Positions 43,263-55,900 of a stretch of DNA of 64,000 nt are shown here, one piece after another. Positions within the stretch are counted from its first letter, which is position 1. The number at the start of each line of letters is the position of its first letter. A program made the translations under genes and the position numbers. The notes under the pieces were generated by a model that saw only the letters and a list, made by a program, of their open reading frames with translations, was not told the DNA's origin and made no database searches. Origin of the DNA: the human T2T-CHM13v2.0 reference genome, Homo sapiens; the NCBI RefSeq assembly GCF_009914755.1, contig NC_060933.1. One strand, given 5' to 3'.

Positions 43263-44858
43263 CTATATGATACAGCAAAAATAGTTTAGAGCAAGTTCTC
43301 AGATTTTAAAAAATTAACCACAGTTCGTTAAGAAGTAGTTTGTGTATAAACTAGAAAGACTTGCTATTGGGAGTACAGAGCCGTAGGTTCGTGTCTTATC
43401 TTTGCCGCTAATGTACTGTGTTGCCAAAGAAAAACCTCTCCACATCTCTATTTCATATTTTTGTTGTCTTCATCCTGTATCTTCAGCAGGTTGTTGTGGA
43501 GATCAAATGAAAGAAATGTGTTACAAAACTTTAAGCAGTATTAACATATAAAACAGTGAAACTGTGGAGTTGTTGCTATTATTATAGACTATGAGTGTGA
43601 CTTTACCTTCCTGTCATAGAAATGCCTTTGATTAAGCTACAGATACAAGACTGTGTCTTCTTAGGAAAAGGAGATTTTAAAAATCACATATCTGTCCCAG
43701 CAAGGGTGTTTGCAGAAACAGCCAAATCTTTTGTAATAAATCATTTTTATTTAGATAAATCAGGCAGATAGGGAATAGCTAGTCAGATATTAACCAAGCT
43801 CTTGACATGATTTTTGCGTCCTTTTCTATGAGTGATTCAAAATGAAGTTGCTCTTTCTGAAAACCCTATAATTTGTATCTCAATTTGAAGGAGGTATGAT
43901 CAGCTGGCCTATGTGGTTGATGTGACTAACATTTATTGAGCCTTACTAAGGGCAAACTCCTCTGGGCACGTTATAGGGGCTACTGATAATATCTACCCAA
44001 AAGTTCCACTGTCAAGGAAAAAAGCTCTGTTTATACTTTCACACCATCAATACATGCTGAAAGCCAGGATTTGAACTTGCTTAATATTCACAGTACAGCC
44101 TAAAGGTCTGTTAATCGCTGGTAGCCTGATCTTTCAGCTATGCAACTGACCTATTAAGAGTGATATCTACCCACTGATTAATCTTTGTGCTCATTGTTGG
44201 TATAAATACGGAAAATGTTATTGTGATAGCTTTCTGAAGATTGAAATCTACTCTCTTTGAATTGGTTAGGCATAATTTGAGATAAAGTTCAAGATTTTAA
44301 GATGCAAGATTCATTGCATGGAAGTAATGTTCTTGTCAGCCTCTGAATGGGTAAAGGGAACTTACATTAATACAGCCAACATTGATTAAGGCTCCGTGTT
44401 AAGACAAGTAAGACACACCTTCAAGGATCACACAGTTTAATTAAGAAGTAGGACTGTTAGGTGTTCCTCTGTTCACAGGTGAATCGTAAAAACAGAAAGG
44501 ATGGGAAAGAGGAGGAAATGAGGAGAGGGTGTGGGAAGGGGCAAGGAACACTAAGAAGAGCTGCTCCAGGACTCTTTGAATTTCTAATGAGCATATTCCT
44601 GCAGCTGGAGCTTTAATTACACATAGATGCCCTCTGTGTTCTTTGTAGAACAACCTCTCAGAGGTTGAACAGTGGTTGCTGTCTGAAGGCATGGGCAGGT
44701 TAAATTACAATTATTATCTGACTACTACTTGAAGCCCAGAGATGACTACCCTTTCACAAACAGCCCCCAAACCGTGTGATGTTGTGACATTTTCAACACT
44801 CCCGCTGCCCCCCGACCCCCGCTCCATATTCAGACTGTCTGATAGTAATTCTCTAGAG

Positions 44859-45199
44859 CAGCATTCCCCAACTTTTTTGGCACAAAGGACCAGTTTTGTG
44901 GAAAACAATTTTTCCATGGACAGGGGTTGTGAGGATGTTTTTGGGATGAAACTGTTCCACTTCAGGTCATCATCATTAGCTAGATTCTCATAAGGAGTAC
45001 ACAACCTAGATCCCTCACATGCACAGTTCACAGTAGGGTTTGTGCTTTTATGAGAATCTAATGCCACCACTGATCTGATAGGAGGCGGACCCCAGGCAGT
45101 AATGCTCTCTTGCCTGTCACTCACCTCCTGCTGTGTGGCCCAGTTCCTAACAGGACAGGGACCAGTACCAGTCCATGGCCTGGGAGTTGGGGATCCCTG
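44859..45199. mobile_element. MER1B hAT-Charlie element, complete
   Basis: Termini CAGCATTCCCCAAC and GTTGGGGATCCCTG. Perfect 8-bp TSD CTCTAGAG at 44851-44858 and 45200-45207, the typical Charlie NTCTAGAN target. 341 bp. Confidence 0.92.
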
Positions 45200-48100
45200 C
45201 TCTAGAGGGATTGCTCCAGTCACAACTGAAACTTTTTTTTGCCACCTTACAATATTGAAAAGTGTCATGGTTGTTTATGCATCTCATTTGTTGACAGACT
45301 TGTTTCCTTTAGATATAGTGAACCTGATGAATTACTGGAGAGAATGGACAAGAAAGGTCTAGAGAGAATGTAAGGGAGACAGAGCAGGAGACAGAAGGTG
45401 GCCTTTGCCCATAATTGGGGAACCCACCATTACATTCACTGTGTTTAAGTCCAGAAAGGTAATTATAATTTAACTGTTCCACTCAAGACGTTCTAACATA
45501 CATCTAGAAAACATGCAAAAGTATCCTTTAGATTAGAACAGATGGTCTTGTAATTGGGTTTTGAAACACAGGTGATTTCACGAGGAAATGTGAAGTCCAT
45601 TAGCCGGGGCTGTTTCTGATGAAGCTGAGGGAGGGTAGAAAATCACACCTGCTCCTATAAATGGGATCATATATTTGATACCTTTTGATTTGAAAAAACA
45701 AGCATTTAAGACCCAGGTTGACCCAATTTCACATGTCAGGGTGAAAAGAATTTGTTAAGAAGTTCAGCCCTGTAGCCTAATACCACTCTGAAAGAACATT
45801 CTTGAAGTTTTATGTTAATTGAGCACCATTAGCTGTGCACTCATTAATTTCTGGTCAAGAATTGGTTTGCTGAATGAAGAAGTGATCTAGTGAGTACATT
45901 TGAATGACTCATGTTCATAGATTTTGATATAGTTTTATAAAAATAAAAGGATAGGGAACACATCCCCATTTTTTTAAGTTAGGAAAATGCAAACAGTATT
46001 CTTTAGTCCATGCACAAAGGGGATCACTGGTCCTTGAGAAAATCAGAGAATAAATATTTTCTTCCCTCTATTACTTAAAACTTCATCCCTTACTTTTCCT
46101 TTTCTTTATATTTCCCTCCTAGCTTTACGAAAAATTTAAAGTTTGATGATTCATTTTTGAGGAATCAAATGGTAGTGAAGCATTAAGAATGAAAAATCAG
46201 TGACACCAAGTTGAACAGTTTAAAAATTATTTTTCTTAGCAGAAGCATTAACTAAGCAATGGTAAACATGAGGAGAATTAACTGCTTTCAATTTTCTCTT
46301 TAAATAGTATTTTCTTGATTGTTTTATTTACTACCACTAAATTATACTTAGGATGCAGAAAATACCCTTCTAACTTATTTTCACAAAAAGAATTTTAATG
46401 GTAGAACTTCTGAACTTTTATTGTATTTTCCTTATAATGTTGCCCTACATGTAATTAATGATGTTAACTAATATTATTAATTAGTGATATATATATTTGC
46501 CTGTTCTTCAATGTTGTAAATTTCTTATTCAACTCCTTAAATACTGCAGTTACTTCCTTAAAATCTTTACTGTTGTATTTATTACCCATCAATCAACAAG
46601 TGCTTACTTAGCCCCCATGGGGCTCTGCAGGGGACACAGATTTGCACCAATAGATATAGTTCCACCCTAGGAGCACTTTTAATCTGGTTTAAATGCTAGA
46701 CACCCTTGTGGGTTGGTAGTTTCAGTAGAGTGCCACAAAGAAGCTTGAGCTACATCTTGAAGGATATTTGGAGCTTGTGAGATCTAGAAGACATGTGAGT
46801 ACAGTTCACCAGAAAATGCAGCCACGCCAACCAGAGGCAGAGGAGGGCCATAGATAGGCTGCCATGGCTGGAGGGAGAGAGAGAGCAAGGAATTACTTGG
46901 TGAGAGAGGACCCTGGAAGGTGTGAAGTCCTTGAATGTTTTTCTAGGGAATTAAGGTGATCTCATGTAAACCCAAGGTTCTTAAGGGGTGGATCAGAGAG
47001 TGTGAATCAGGATCACCCTGGGAACTTAATCTATAAATTTCATCTCTTTCACACAAACACACACACACTCACACTCACTTACACACTCATTCATACACTC
47101 ATTCACATCTTCCCAAAGAGTGAGACAATTCTCCCATCATGTTTGAGAACCACTGCATTAGAGAATCATAGAAAACTTTGTGATGGGACCCTGATGCGGC
47201 GAGGGAAATCAGCTCTACAGCTGTGTGCACACTTACAGGGCCAACATGAAGTCCTAATGAGCCTGAGCCCTTTGAATGGGGAACCTAGGTTATCATGAGG
47301 GTGAAACCAATTTATTTAGATCAAGTGATGGCAGGCGATGCCAGGCCACTTGCCTGTGCTACAGGAAGGACCTTGGAAGGCAGGCAGCCCACAAAGTCAG
47401 CCAGCGCTGCTGGGCAACTGCACAACAGGCAGGTTGGCCTTAGAGGCACTATCACTGTGCCAACCCACAGGCCAAAACACCAAGGAGCTGAGGCTACCAG
47501 GAGTGGCTTATCTGACTACATCAAATGGCATAAGGTGACAGATATTTTTGATACAAGCTGGGACTCTGGCTTTAAATCTGATAGTTGGATCTGCACAAAA
47601 TTATGCTATCCTTGGAGCTGGAAGAGAAACAACCTCATCTTCCAAATGCAAATATCCCGAATCAGAGAACACAGGTTACTCAGCCAAAGCTCCTCAGCTA
47701 CTGAGCAGCAAATCACCAAACCTCAAGAAAAGGCTTGTAGGACTAAAGTAGTACAATTCAAACTTTTACCACTGGACCTGCACAGCTCACACCACCCCAC
47801 CCCACAAACTACTATTTTGTTTCTTGGTTACATGCCTTTTGTTTGAGGCACTAAATACTTCTCTGAAAATTATCTCTTTATATTCTCAGTTGTCACCACT
47901 TCAAAATTATGTTCTTTGCTTCTTAAAATCATCCGTTCTTCATTTATTCTTCCATATATTTATATATTTATTAACTAGATATTTATGGAATGTCTATTTT
48001 GTTCCAGGTATTATACTTCCATCCTTATCTGGTCCCGTAATATATGTGAGAGGATACCTCAAAATAATAAGCCATTGAAAATGCCATTCATTTCTTGACA

Positions 48101-50259
48101 TTGCCCCAGTATTGGCAATTAAATGACTACATATATAAGTCATAACCAATTGCATAATTTCTAAAACTGCAATTGATCCCACTTTTTTCAAGAACTGCTG
48201 AACAGCATATATAATTTCAGACCCACCCTGAAAGTCATGCAGAGTTTTTGACCTGCAGTTTAGAAGTAATCTGGCTCAATTTTCTCATTTTCCAAAAGCC
48301 GCAGAGCAGAACCAGGCTATAAGCCTTCCGACTCCTTGTCCAGTGTTTTTTCTACCTCATCAAGCCATTGCTTTGAAAATGTCTTTTTTTTGTAGTCTTC
48401 TTTAAAAGTAAAACCACTTTTCTTTCTGAATAATGTGTCCTCACTTTCAAAAAACGTCTTTGAAGGCAAATTTATTTAATCTCCTGAGAGTTTTTTCAAA
48501 CCCAGGCAGTCTAGTACCTTGTACCTAAAGAACATACAATTTTAGCACATAAAGTTCCTAGGTGTAAAGTGAGTTGGTAATAACAAGTACAATATCCCAA
48601 CATTGGTGGCATCTTTTGCTGGGGGTTTTTTGCCTTTCACTCCTTGCTCAGGCAGCACAGACGTTATCTATGCACTGCCAGGCTGGTCCTGAGGATTAAA
48701 TTAGATGAAATGCTTTGGAAACTGGAAGGAGCCTAGAAATGTAGGAGCTTGCTATTATCTCCAATAGTCTCTCAAAGAAGGCCAGGCGGATATTCATCTT
48801 TGTATCCCAGGCATCTAGCAGAGTTTGTTCAATAAATATTTGTTGAAATGAAATGAATGAAAGATTTGTCAAATGTCATGTTGAGAGCCAGCGCTTGGGA
48901 GTCAAGCATGTCACAGAGTCTTTGTGTCAAAAATGACATCAGAGGAAAAAAGGTGAATGTGACATTGTTGTGTATCTTACTTAATACGGACAAATAAGGC
49001 TTTTCTCTGCACTGATTGCTCCATCTGAAAACCAATTGCCTCCCATTTTGTGTGGTTTTGTATTCATTCTCGAAGCCCAGGCACTCTTTTGCTCTAAGGG
49101 TTTCCTGACTTGGATGTTAAGCGAGCTTCTAGCCCTGGCTTGTTTCTGTGTTGTCAGGCACAGATAAAGGCATGGTGGAATTTGCCCATTCCTTTGAGTG
49201 AAGGAAACTGTCAGAAACATTGTGGTCAGCCTTTAGAAACTCTCCCACGTTGGTTCCAAAGAGAACATTTGTGTGTGTGTTTGCTTTGGTTTTGAGAACT
49301 AAACACCCCTTTGACATTACGTGCGCCAGCTCCTGAACACTGGGGTGTTTCAGAAATGATGCCATGGGCACATGACGCAAGAAGCACTGCCCTGCTTTAG
49401 CAACAGGAAGAAAAGAGACCTGAAGGAGAGGCTTAAAGAACAGAGGGGAATGAATGGAAGTGTTTCAGAGAGGACAATGCTGAGGGGCACCCCACAATTA
49501 GAGAGGATCACCCCCACCCCTCACTGTCAATTGCATTTTTGTCCTTTTAAAATTATTGAAGAGGATATAAAGGCTCCGAATGCTGTTGGCCCGGCATCTT
49601 TCCCTGTAGCAACATCAAAAGTCTTGGGTCACACTGGGTAGGAGCAGGCTGCCTCCAAGCAACTTGGCCAGCAAGCATACCTGGATGGATTCGTCCCTTC
49701 CCTGAAGCGATTTATTAGGAAAGCTCACACCTTATATTGACACATTTCCTCTCTTTTTCAAAGGAGGGATAATTGTGTTTCAAATATGATTTTCTAGCAG
49801 AGCAAAAACAGTAATTTGTTTTTGCCCTCAGTGGCAAGATTCACATTTTGATCAGAGCACATTCAATCTCTAATACATTTTACTGAGTACATAGGTAGCA
49901 TCTTGTTAACGAGACAAGGACATAGCGGACACGTTGCTTCCCTCCGTATTTCTGTGCTGGGCACCCCGTGGATGTGGCGATATGAACATTAGTTATGCAG
50001 ATGAAGTCTCTCAGTGCCAGGCCCTGAATCCTCTCAGCCAGGTATTATCTATGCGAGTTTATCTGTCCAGTGGCACATTAGCAGGGTGCATCCCCTGGTC
50101 GGTTCTCAACCGTGGAAGCTCTCCATCTCCAACCACATCATCCCCCAAACCATTTTTCTCCCTCTCCCTTCCCTTTGAGCCCTTCTTCTTTGGAAATTCA
50201 CCAGTGGAATTTTTCTCCCCACATCTCTATGGTGAGTTTTCCCAGCTTTGGAAGGCTCA

Positions 50260-50273
50260 GTTGCCATGGTAGC
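50260..50273. promoter_or_regulatory. Candidate RFX X-box
   Basis: GTTGCCATGGTAGC is one mismatch from GTTGCCATGGTAAC. Motif match only. Confidence 0.35.
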
Positions 50274-51354
50274 GAGCCTCCTCCGCCTGGAGCTGAGCTG
50301 GTGATTTCGGAAGAAGGGATTGTGGTGGTAGGAGGGAGGGGAAGAAAAGTCATTAAAGTCGGCCAATTAGTATGCAGGGCCAGTGCCCCCTTGCAGTTCC
50401 TCTCACACGAGGAACAGCCAGGGCTCTTTAGATCCCTGCTGGTCGAGATGCAATGAAGCAAAGGGAGGGGAGACCTCCCAGCCGTGCACCTGTCTGAAGG
50501 TACCTGTCTGGAGGAGGCCTTCCATGGCCTCAGTCCAGGGAGGAGCCAAGTCCTGCTGCCACCCCACAACCAGCGCCTCCTCCTCCTCTGACCTCCTGTC
50601 TTTTGCCTCCCTCCATTTTGAAAACAGAGCTTCATGGAGAGACCCCAGTGAGGGAGGTGCTGGAATGTGGACCAGTGGTAAAATCTACCCTTCAAGGTCT
50701 CATATATTTCATTATTTTTCTAGTTGGTGGATGGTTGTTCAACCACAGTTGAAATGAAGGACAAATATAAAATGTGTCCCAGGATATTGGTGGCTGCTTG
50801 ATACCTGGGGGTATCAAGTTGGCTGGGGGTAGCCAACTTGGATGATATTGAACAGAAGAAAGTGACCACACTTTCATAGGCAGATGTGACTACTTACATG
50901 GCCCAATGGAATCTGTTCTCCCCAGAAAATCTGTCTGGAAGGGAGAGTATTGATGAGTCTGCCTCTATCTGAGCATATTTTCTCCTGCCACTGCCAGAGG
51001 TTGGATGTTCTCGGGGGCTACTCCACTAGAGTGTTCCTGGTCCCCAGCCCCCTTGTAGCCTCTGATACCAGTGCTCACTGCTGAAGGTAAATTATTATAA
51101 TCTGTTTCTTTTTCCCTGAATTATTTGTCCAGATCCTGTGGATTTGAAGGTTTCCTCCCGGGTTCCACACTGTGCCCATTGTCTGGCACCGTGCCTGGCA
51201 AAGAACAGAACCTAATAAATATTTACCATCTACACTGCCTCTCTCTTTCCACTCCCTGCCCAGCCCACTCTGATTTGACTTCTGCCTCATTGCTGCATCA
51301 AAGTTATGCTTAGTCTAATCTGATTTAAGTCTGTAGTCAAGTTAATTGCAAGGG

Positions 51355-51530
51355 TCCAATGTCAATTTCCTGTGCTCCATTTATGCAGATGTGATGTGCT
51401 ATCACTATGCTTATATATGTTACCATTGAGGGAAGCTGGGTGATGAGAACAGGGGACCTCTGTGGACTCTCCTGGCAACTACTGTGAGTCTGTTATTAGT
51501 TCAAAGTAAAGAGTTAAGAAAAAAAAATAT
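51355..51530 (+). mobile_element. L1MC-like 3' end followed by an AT-rich tail
   Basis: caatgtcaatttcctg...atgttaccattgagggaagctgggtga...ggcaact...tgtgagtct...aaagagttaagaaaaaaaa. Confidence 0.65.
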
Positions 51531-51589
51531 ATAAATATATTTAATATATTATATATATATATAACGGTTCTCACTTAACCCTTAGTGAA

Positions 51590-52990
51590 ACCTCTCTGGA
51601 AATCAAGCCAATAGGCATTTCCAGTCCTCATCTTATTTGACAATTGGTATCCACTCCCTGTTTCTTTAAATGTTCTTTTCTTGGCTCCCTTGATACCACA
51701 CCACCTTGTTGGCCCTTGTGTATTATAGGCACTGTTTCTTAGTCTCCTTCACAGGGAAAGGCTCAATCACTAACTGTTGGAATTTCTCAAGGCCCCTTCC
51801 CAGTCTCACTCCTCTTCCCAAAGCCATTTCCTCTATTCTCCAGGCGTCAGTGACCACTGCAAAGATGACTCACAAATGCACACCTCTGGTCCAGTCATTC
51901 TCACTTGCTCAGGTTTCACTTTGGAGACTGCAGAGCTCCCTTTATCTCAACACAGGCAGCTCCTCTCCCAATAGCCTCTTTCCTAGCTCCCATCACCAGC
52001 ATGCCCTAGCCTACTCAAGTGCTTCCTATCTCAGTGAATGACCATCATCTGCCAAGTTCTGTAAGAAACTATATTCTCTCTGTACTCTTGCTACCAGCAT
52101 CCTACTCTGAGCCATCAAACTTTCTGGGCAGCAGTATCAGCCTGGCCACTGCTCCCACTGCAATCCCTACTCTGCACAGCAGCCAGAGTGTCCTTTGTAG
52201 AGTGCAAATCTGGCCATGCCATTCTCAGCATAAAATCTTCTATGTTTTCTCATTGCTTTTAGGGAAAAAAGTGAAATCCTTTCTCTGGCCTGCGACATCC
52301 TGCATGTCCTGGTTCACATATGACCCCTCAGCTTCATCCCTTGTGAATCTCCCATTGTTTACAGCACTCTAGCTATACTGGACTTCTTCAAGCTCCTCAA
52401 ACACACTTTGCACCTCTCCTGTCGCAGGACCTTTGCACATGCTGCACTCTCTACATCTAGATGATTTTTCCTCCTCCCTTCACCTGGTGAATTCTTGCTT
52501 ATTCTTCAGGTCTTGCTTGAATGTTACCCCCACAAGAAACCTTTTATCAGGCTTCCAGCCCAAAGCAAATTCTTTCATTTTAAGCCTTTGTGCAAACCAA
52601 TATTTAGCCAGAACACTGGTTACAAAAACTGAAGTATTTTTATACAAGTTTTAAAGTAGCCACCACCCTGAATCCACATCCTTTAGCCACTAAAGGGTTA
52701 CTTCCAAGCGCAACATGGAGACTTTCACCCACCAAGAACTATGTAGGTTCAGATTAGTCAGTGCCTGTTAAGTATTTTGAATATTTCTTCTAATTCTAAA
52801 CACAATCTTTTCTACCACATTTATTACATGTGTAATTTTAGAGCTATGTTGAGATTATTTGATTAATAACTCCCCTACTGTAAGTTATATGAGGTTGAGG
52901 GCCATGCTCACTATCATATTCCCCATATCTAATGCAAAGCAGACACCCAATAAAAATGTTCAATAAATGAATGATTTAAGTGAATGAACA
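51590..52990 (+). mobile_element. Fragmented L2 LINE
   Basis: cagtcctcatcttatttgac...cttggctcccttgataccacac...ggacctttgcacatgctg...caataaatgaatga (L2 3' terminus), with unrelated sequence at about 52600-52860. Confidence 0.6.
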
Positions 52991-55900
52991 GACTTTTCCC
53001 AGATAACATCTAATTTGATCCCTGAATCCCATAAAAACGAAAGTGCAAGCTACACGGAGCACAGGTAACAGTAGTGGCTGACCCCAGAGGATGGTTTGGA
53101 GGCAGGTTCCCCAGGCAGTGCCTTTTCTGCTCTCCCACCTTGTCCCCTTCCTGAAGACTTGCAGAAGACACTCTTTATTGTTACCACTCCCAGATCACTG
53201 CAGCGCTTCCAGACTCTTTAGCATCTCATATCCTCCATCCTGTCACCATGACCCAGTTTTAGACTTTGGAATTCAAGCATTGCTGACAGAATCCGTGTGT
53301 GGCTTTTTTCCCCCTGTTCTCTAAATAAAAGATGAAATCAGAATGGTCATGTATTTGCTGTCTCAAAATAGTGCTTTATTTAGAGAGAGAAGGTGTTAGT
53401 TATTACTGGCATTTAACATTTGTTGAGTGAACAAAATCTGCTGAACATTGAAGAGAACATGGAATTAAAGAGTTCCTGCCCAATGTGTGTTGTGGCCTAA
53501 ATTAGACCCAGACAAGTCACTAATGTGCAGAAAGGATGGATCTGCAGAGTGCCCCATTGCAATGCATAAAACATGCTCCAACTGAGGAGGGAACATTTTT
53601 TTCCTAAGAAGAGGGAATATTGTGGTCAGGACTTAGAGGTAAACCTTAGACCATTTTAAAAAGAGCAAAGAGAACTAAAAATTCCATGTGAGTCCTTAGA
53701 AACAGAAAACCCTTGGGAAAAGTAAATGTTCTCCCCTTCTGCAAGGGCCTTCCCTAAGAGAAATGCAGTCCCTAGGTTCCTACTGAGACATATCCAGTCC
53801 TGGGTCTACTGCCAGCATGTGCTGTAGAAAGCCCTGTTGGCTTCAGAAGGTGTCACACTGTAGAGGACCGCACTTCCAAGAGTGACTACATACTGTTTTG
53901 CTTTTTTTTTTCCCCCAGAACAGTTACAGTGTTGGTAGAATTTAAGGGAAAAAACACTTTTTATCCCTTGGTGGGGTTTTTTTGGTTTGTTTTTTGTTTG
54001 TTTGTTTGTTTTTTGGCATGGAGTGGAATGCAAGTCTCACTTTGCCCAATGAGACCCTGCAAAATCCCAGTTGCCCAAATGAATAACACATATGACTTCT
54101 GTCAGTTTTGAACTGAATCCAAAACAGGGTGATAATGTCTGCACATTGGAGTTGATTCTGGCCTGGGGGATGAGAGGCTGTGCCGCTGGGTCTGCCACAC
54201 ACTTGGGCAAGTCTTTTATCCTTTCTGGGCCCTAGTTACTGTACCTGAGAATTGGACATCAGAATGCCTAGCTTGCTGGGTTGTTGCAAGCACTAAATAT
54301 ACTACATATATAAAGAACTAGCAAATGGCATGGAATATGTGTTGGTTGTGTTTCTAGCACTAAGGACATACCACCTTTATCTAGACAACTAAACAGAAAC
54401 TCGAGGTCAGGTCCAAATTTAGGCTAACAATTCCAGATGCTTAAAGTTTTTAATTCAATAGATGACATTCACTTGTCTAAAGGTAATTAACCATTAATAG
54501 AGGACAAGAAACATATGGATTCTTGAGAACCTCAGCTAAGTCAACAGTCTCTAGCCTTTCCAAGTATTGCAATCCTGGGAAAATAAAGGAAACAGATCTC
54601 TAAAAGGAAAATATCTGATTGGCTACAAGTCTTAAGTGTAACAAGATGCTTAAAATTGACTTAACAAAGAGCACTTTTTATATTGTGAAGTGATCATCAT
54701 ACTCTTTCAATTTGAACATTATTGTGAACATATGAGGCTGCTGTACACAGGTCATAAAAATGTCAGAAGAGTGAATAGATTTAGCATGAAATATTAACCT
54801 CGGGAAAAAGCCTCTCTAAAGATGTAACCCCCTTCCCATTAATGTGTGTGATTAAGCACTCTGAAATTTATTAGTGCAGCATGAAAGACGTTGCTATGAT
54901 AAGACTTGGCAGTGACCTCCATTATTGGTTCTTACTCAGCCAAGTTTACAAAAGGAAACTTTAAGGCATTTCATCAGAGGGAAGCACTAGAGTGAGATAG
55001 CAATTCTGCCCCAGGTGACTGTACGCCGTGGGCAGAGCACAGATGCCAGTGGCAAGTCACTTAAAGCTCAGCTTTGTGGACTTAAAGTGGAACTTCTTCC
55101 TTCTATCGCTATCTCCTGACATCACACACGTGGAGGAGAAAGACCCTTTGTCAGGGCCTTGGAGTCTGCCCACACTGTGTGAATCTTGGGAGAAGACATG
55201 AGCTGGTTCCAGGAGATACCAGTGATGCAGTTGCTGGGGTAGTGAGCCCTGCATTCAGAGTCAGAGTGAGTACTCTATTCTAGGTCTGCAACCAAGAAGC
55301 TGCTGGCCTTGGGAAGGTCTTTAAGTGCCAAGTCTGCCATCTATATCATAATATTGTATACAGAGGAGAAGAAAAGAAAGAATAGAGAAGAGATATAGAA
55401 AGAGGTAGAGAGAGACACAGGCTACAGCTTGTCCCCTACTTCAGGTATGTGCCAAACATCATGGCAGGTGCCCTGCAAGCAGGCTTAGCTAGATTTTCTA
55501 GTGCCTCCAATAACTAACTTACTTCCTTTCTGTGGCTGTTTCATGGCTGTTTCAGTGCAGTATGTGCACTGTGGCTGTTTCAATGCAGTACGGCCCGTGT
55601 GCAGAGTCACCTGGGGCTTTGTTCACATTCAACTGGGTGATAAGCAGCATGTGTCTGCACCCCTGTTTCCACCTCGCTGTGGAGGCAAAGCATGCATACC
55701 TTTTACAGTCCTTGTAAAGCCAGTGTCTATCAGCTCCTGAGTTGCTGTTGATTTCATAGTGTAGGATTTATAGGGAAGAGCTGGTAGCCAGACAGGTAGG
55801 TATAGGGTTGGGCAGGAGCTGGGATTTAGACCTGGGCAGGTGCAGCTAGCGGTAGGGGACTGGCCCGGGGCAAAGCTGGTCTCTGAGACTGAAAACTATC

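Noticed and set aside
44714-45268. 184-aa ORF on the - strand
   Set aside because: Mostly spans the MER1B element; repeat-derived.
47295-47846. 183-aa ATG-initiated ORF on the + strand with A at -3
   Set aside because: No recognisable domain, splice context or promoter. One ORF of this length is plausible by chance in six frames of 64 kb. It would need Ribo-seq or conservation support.
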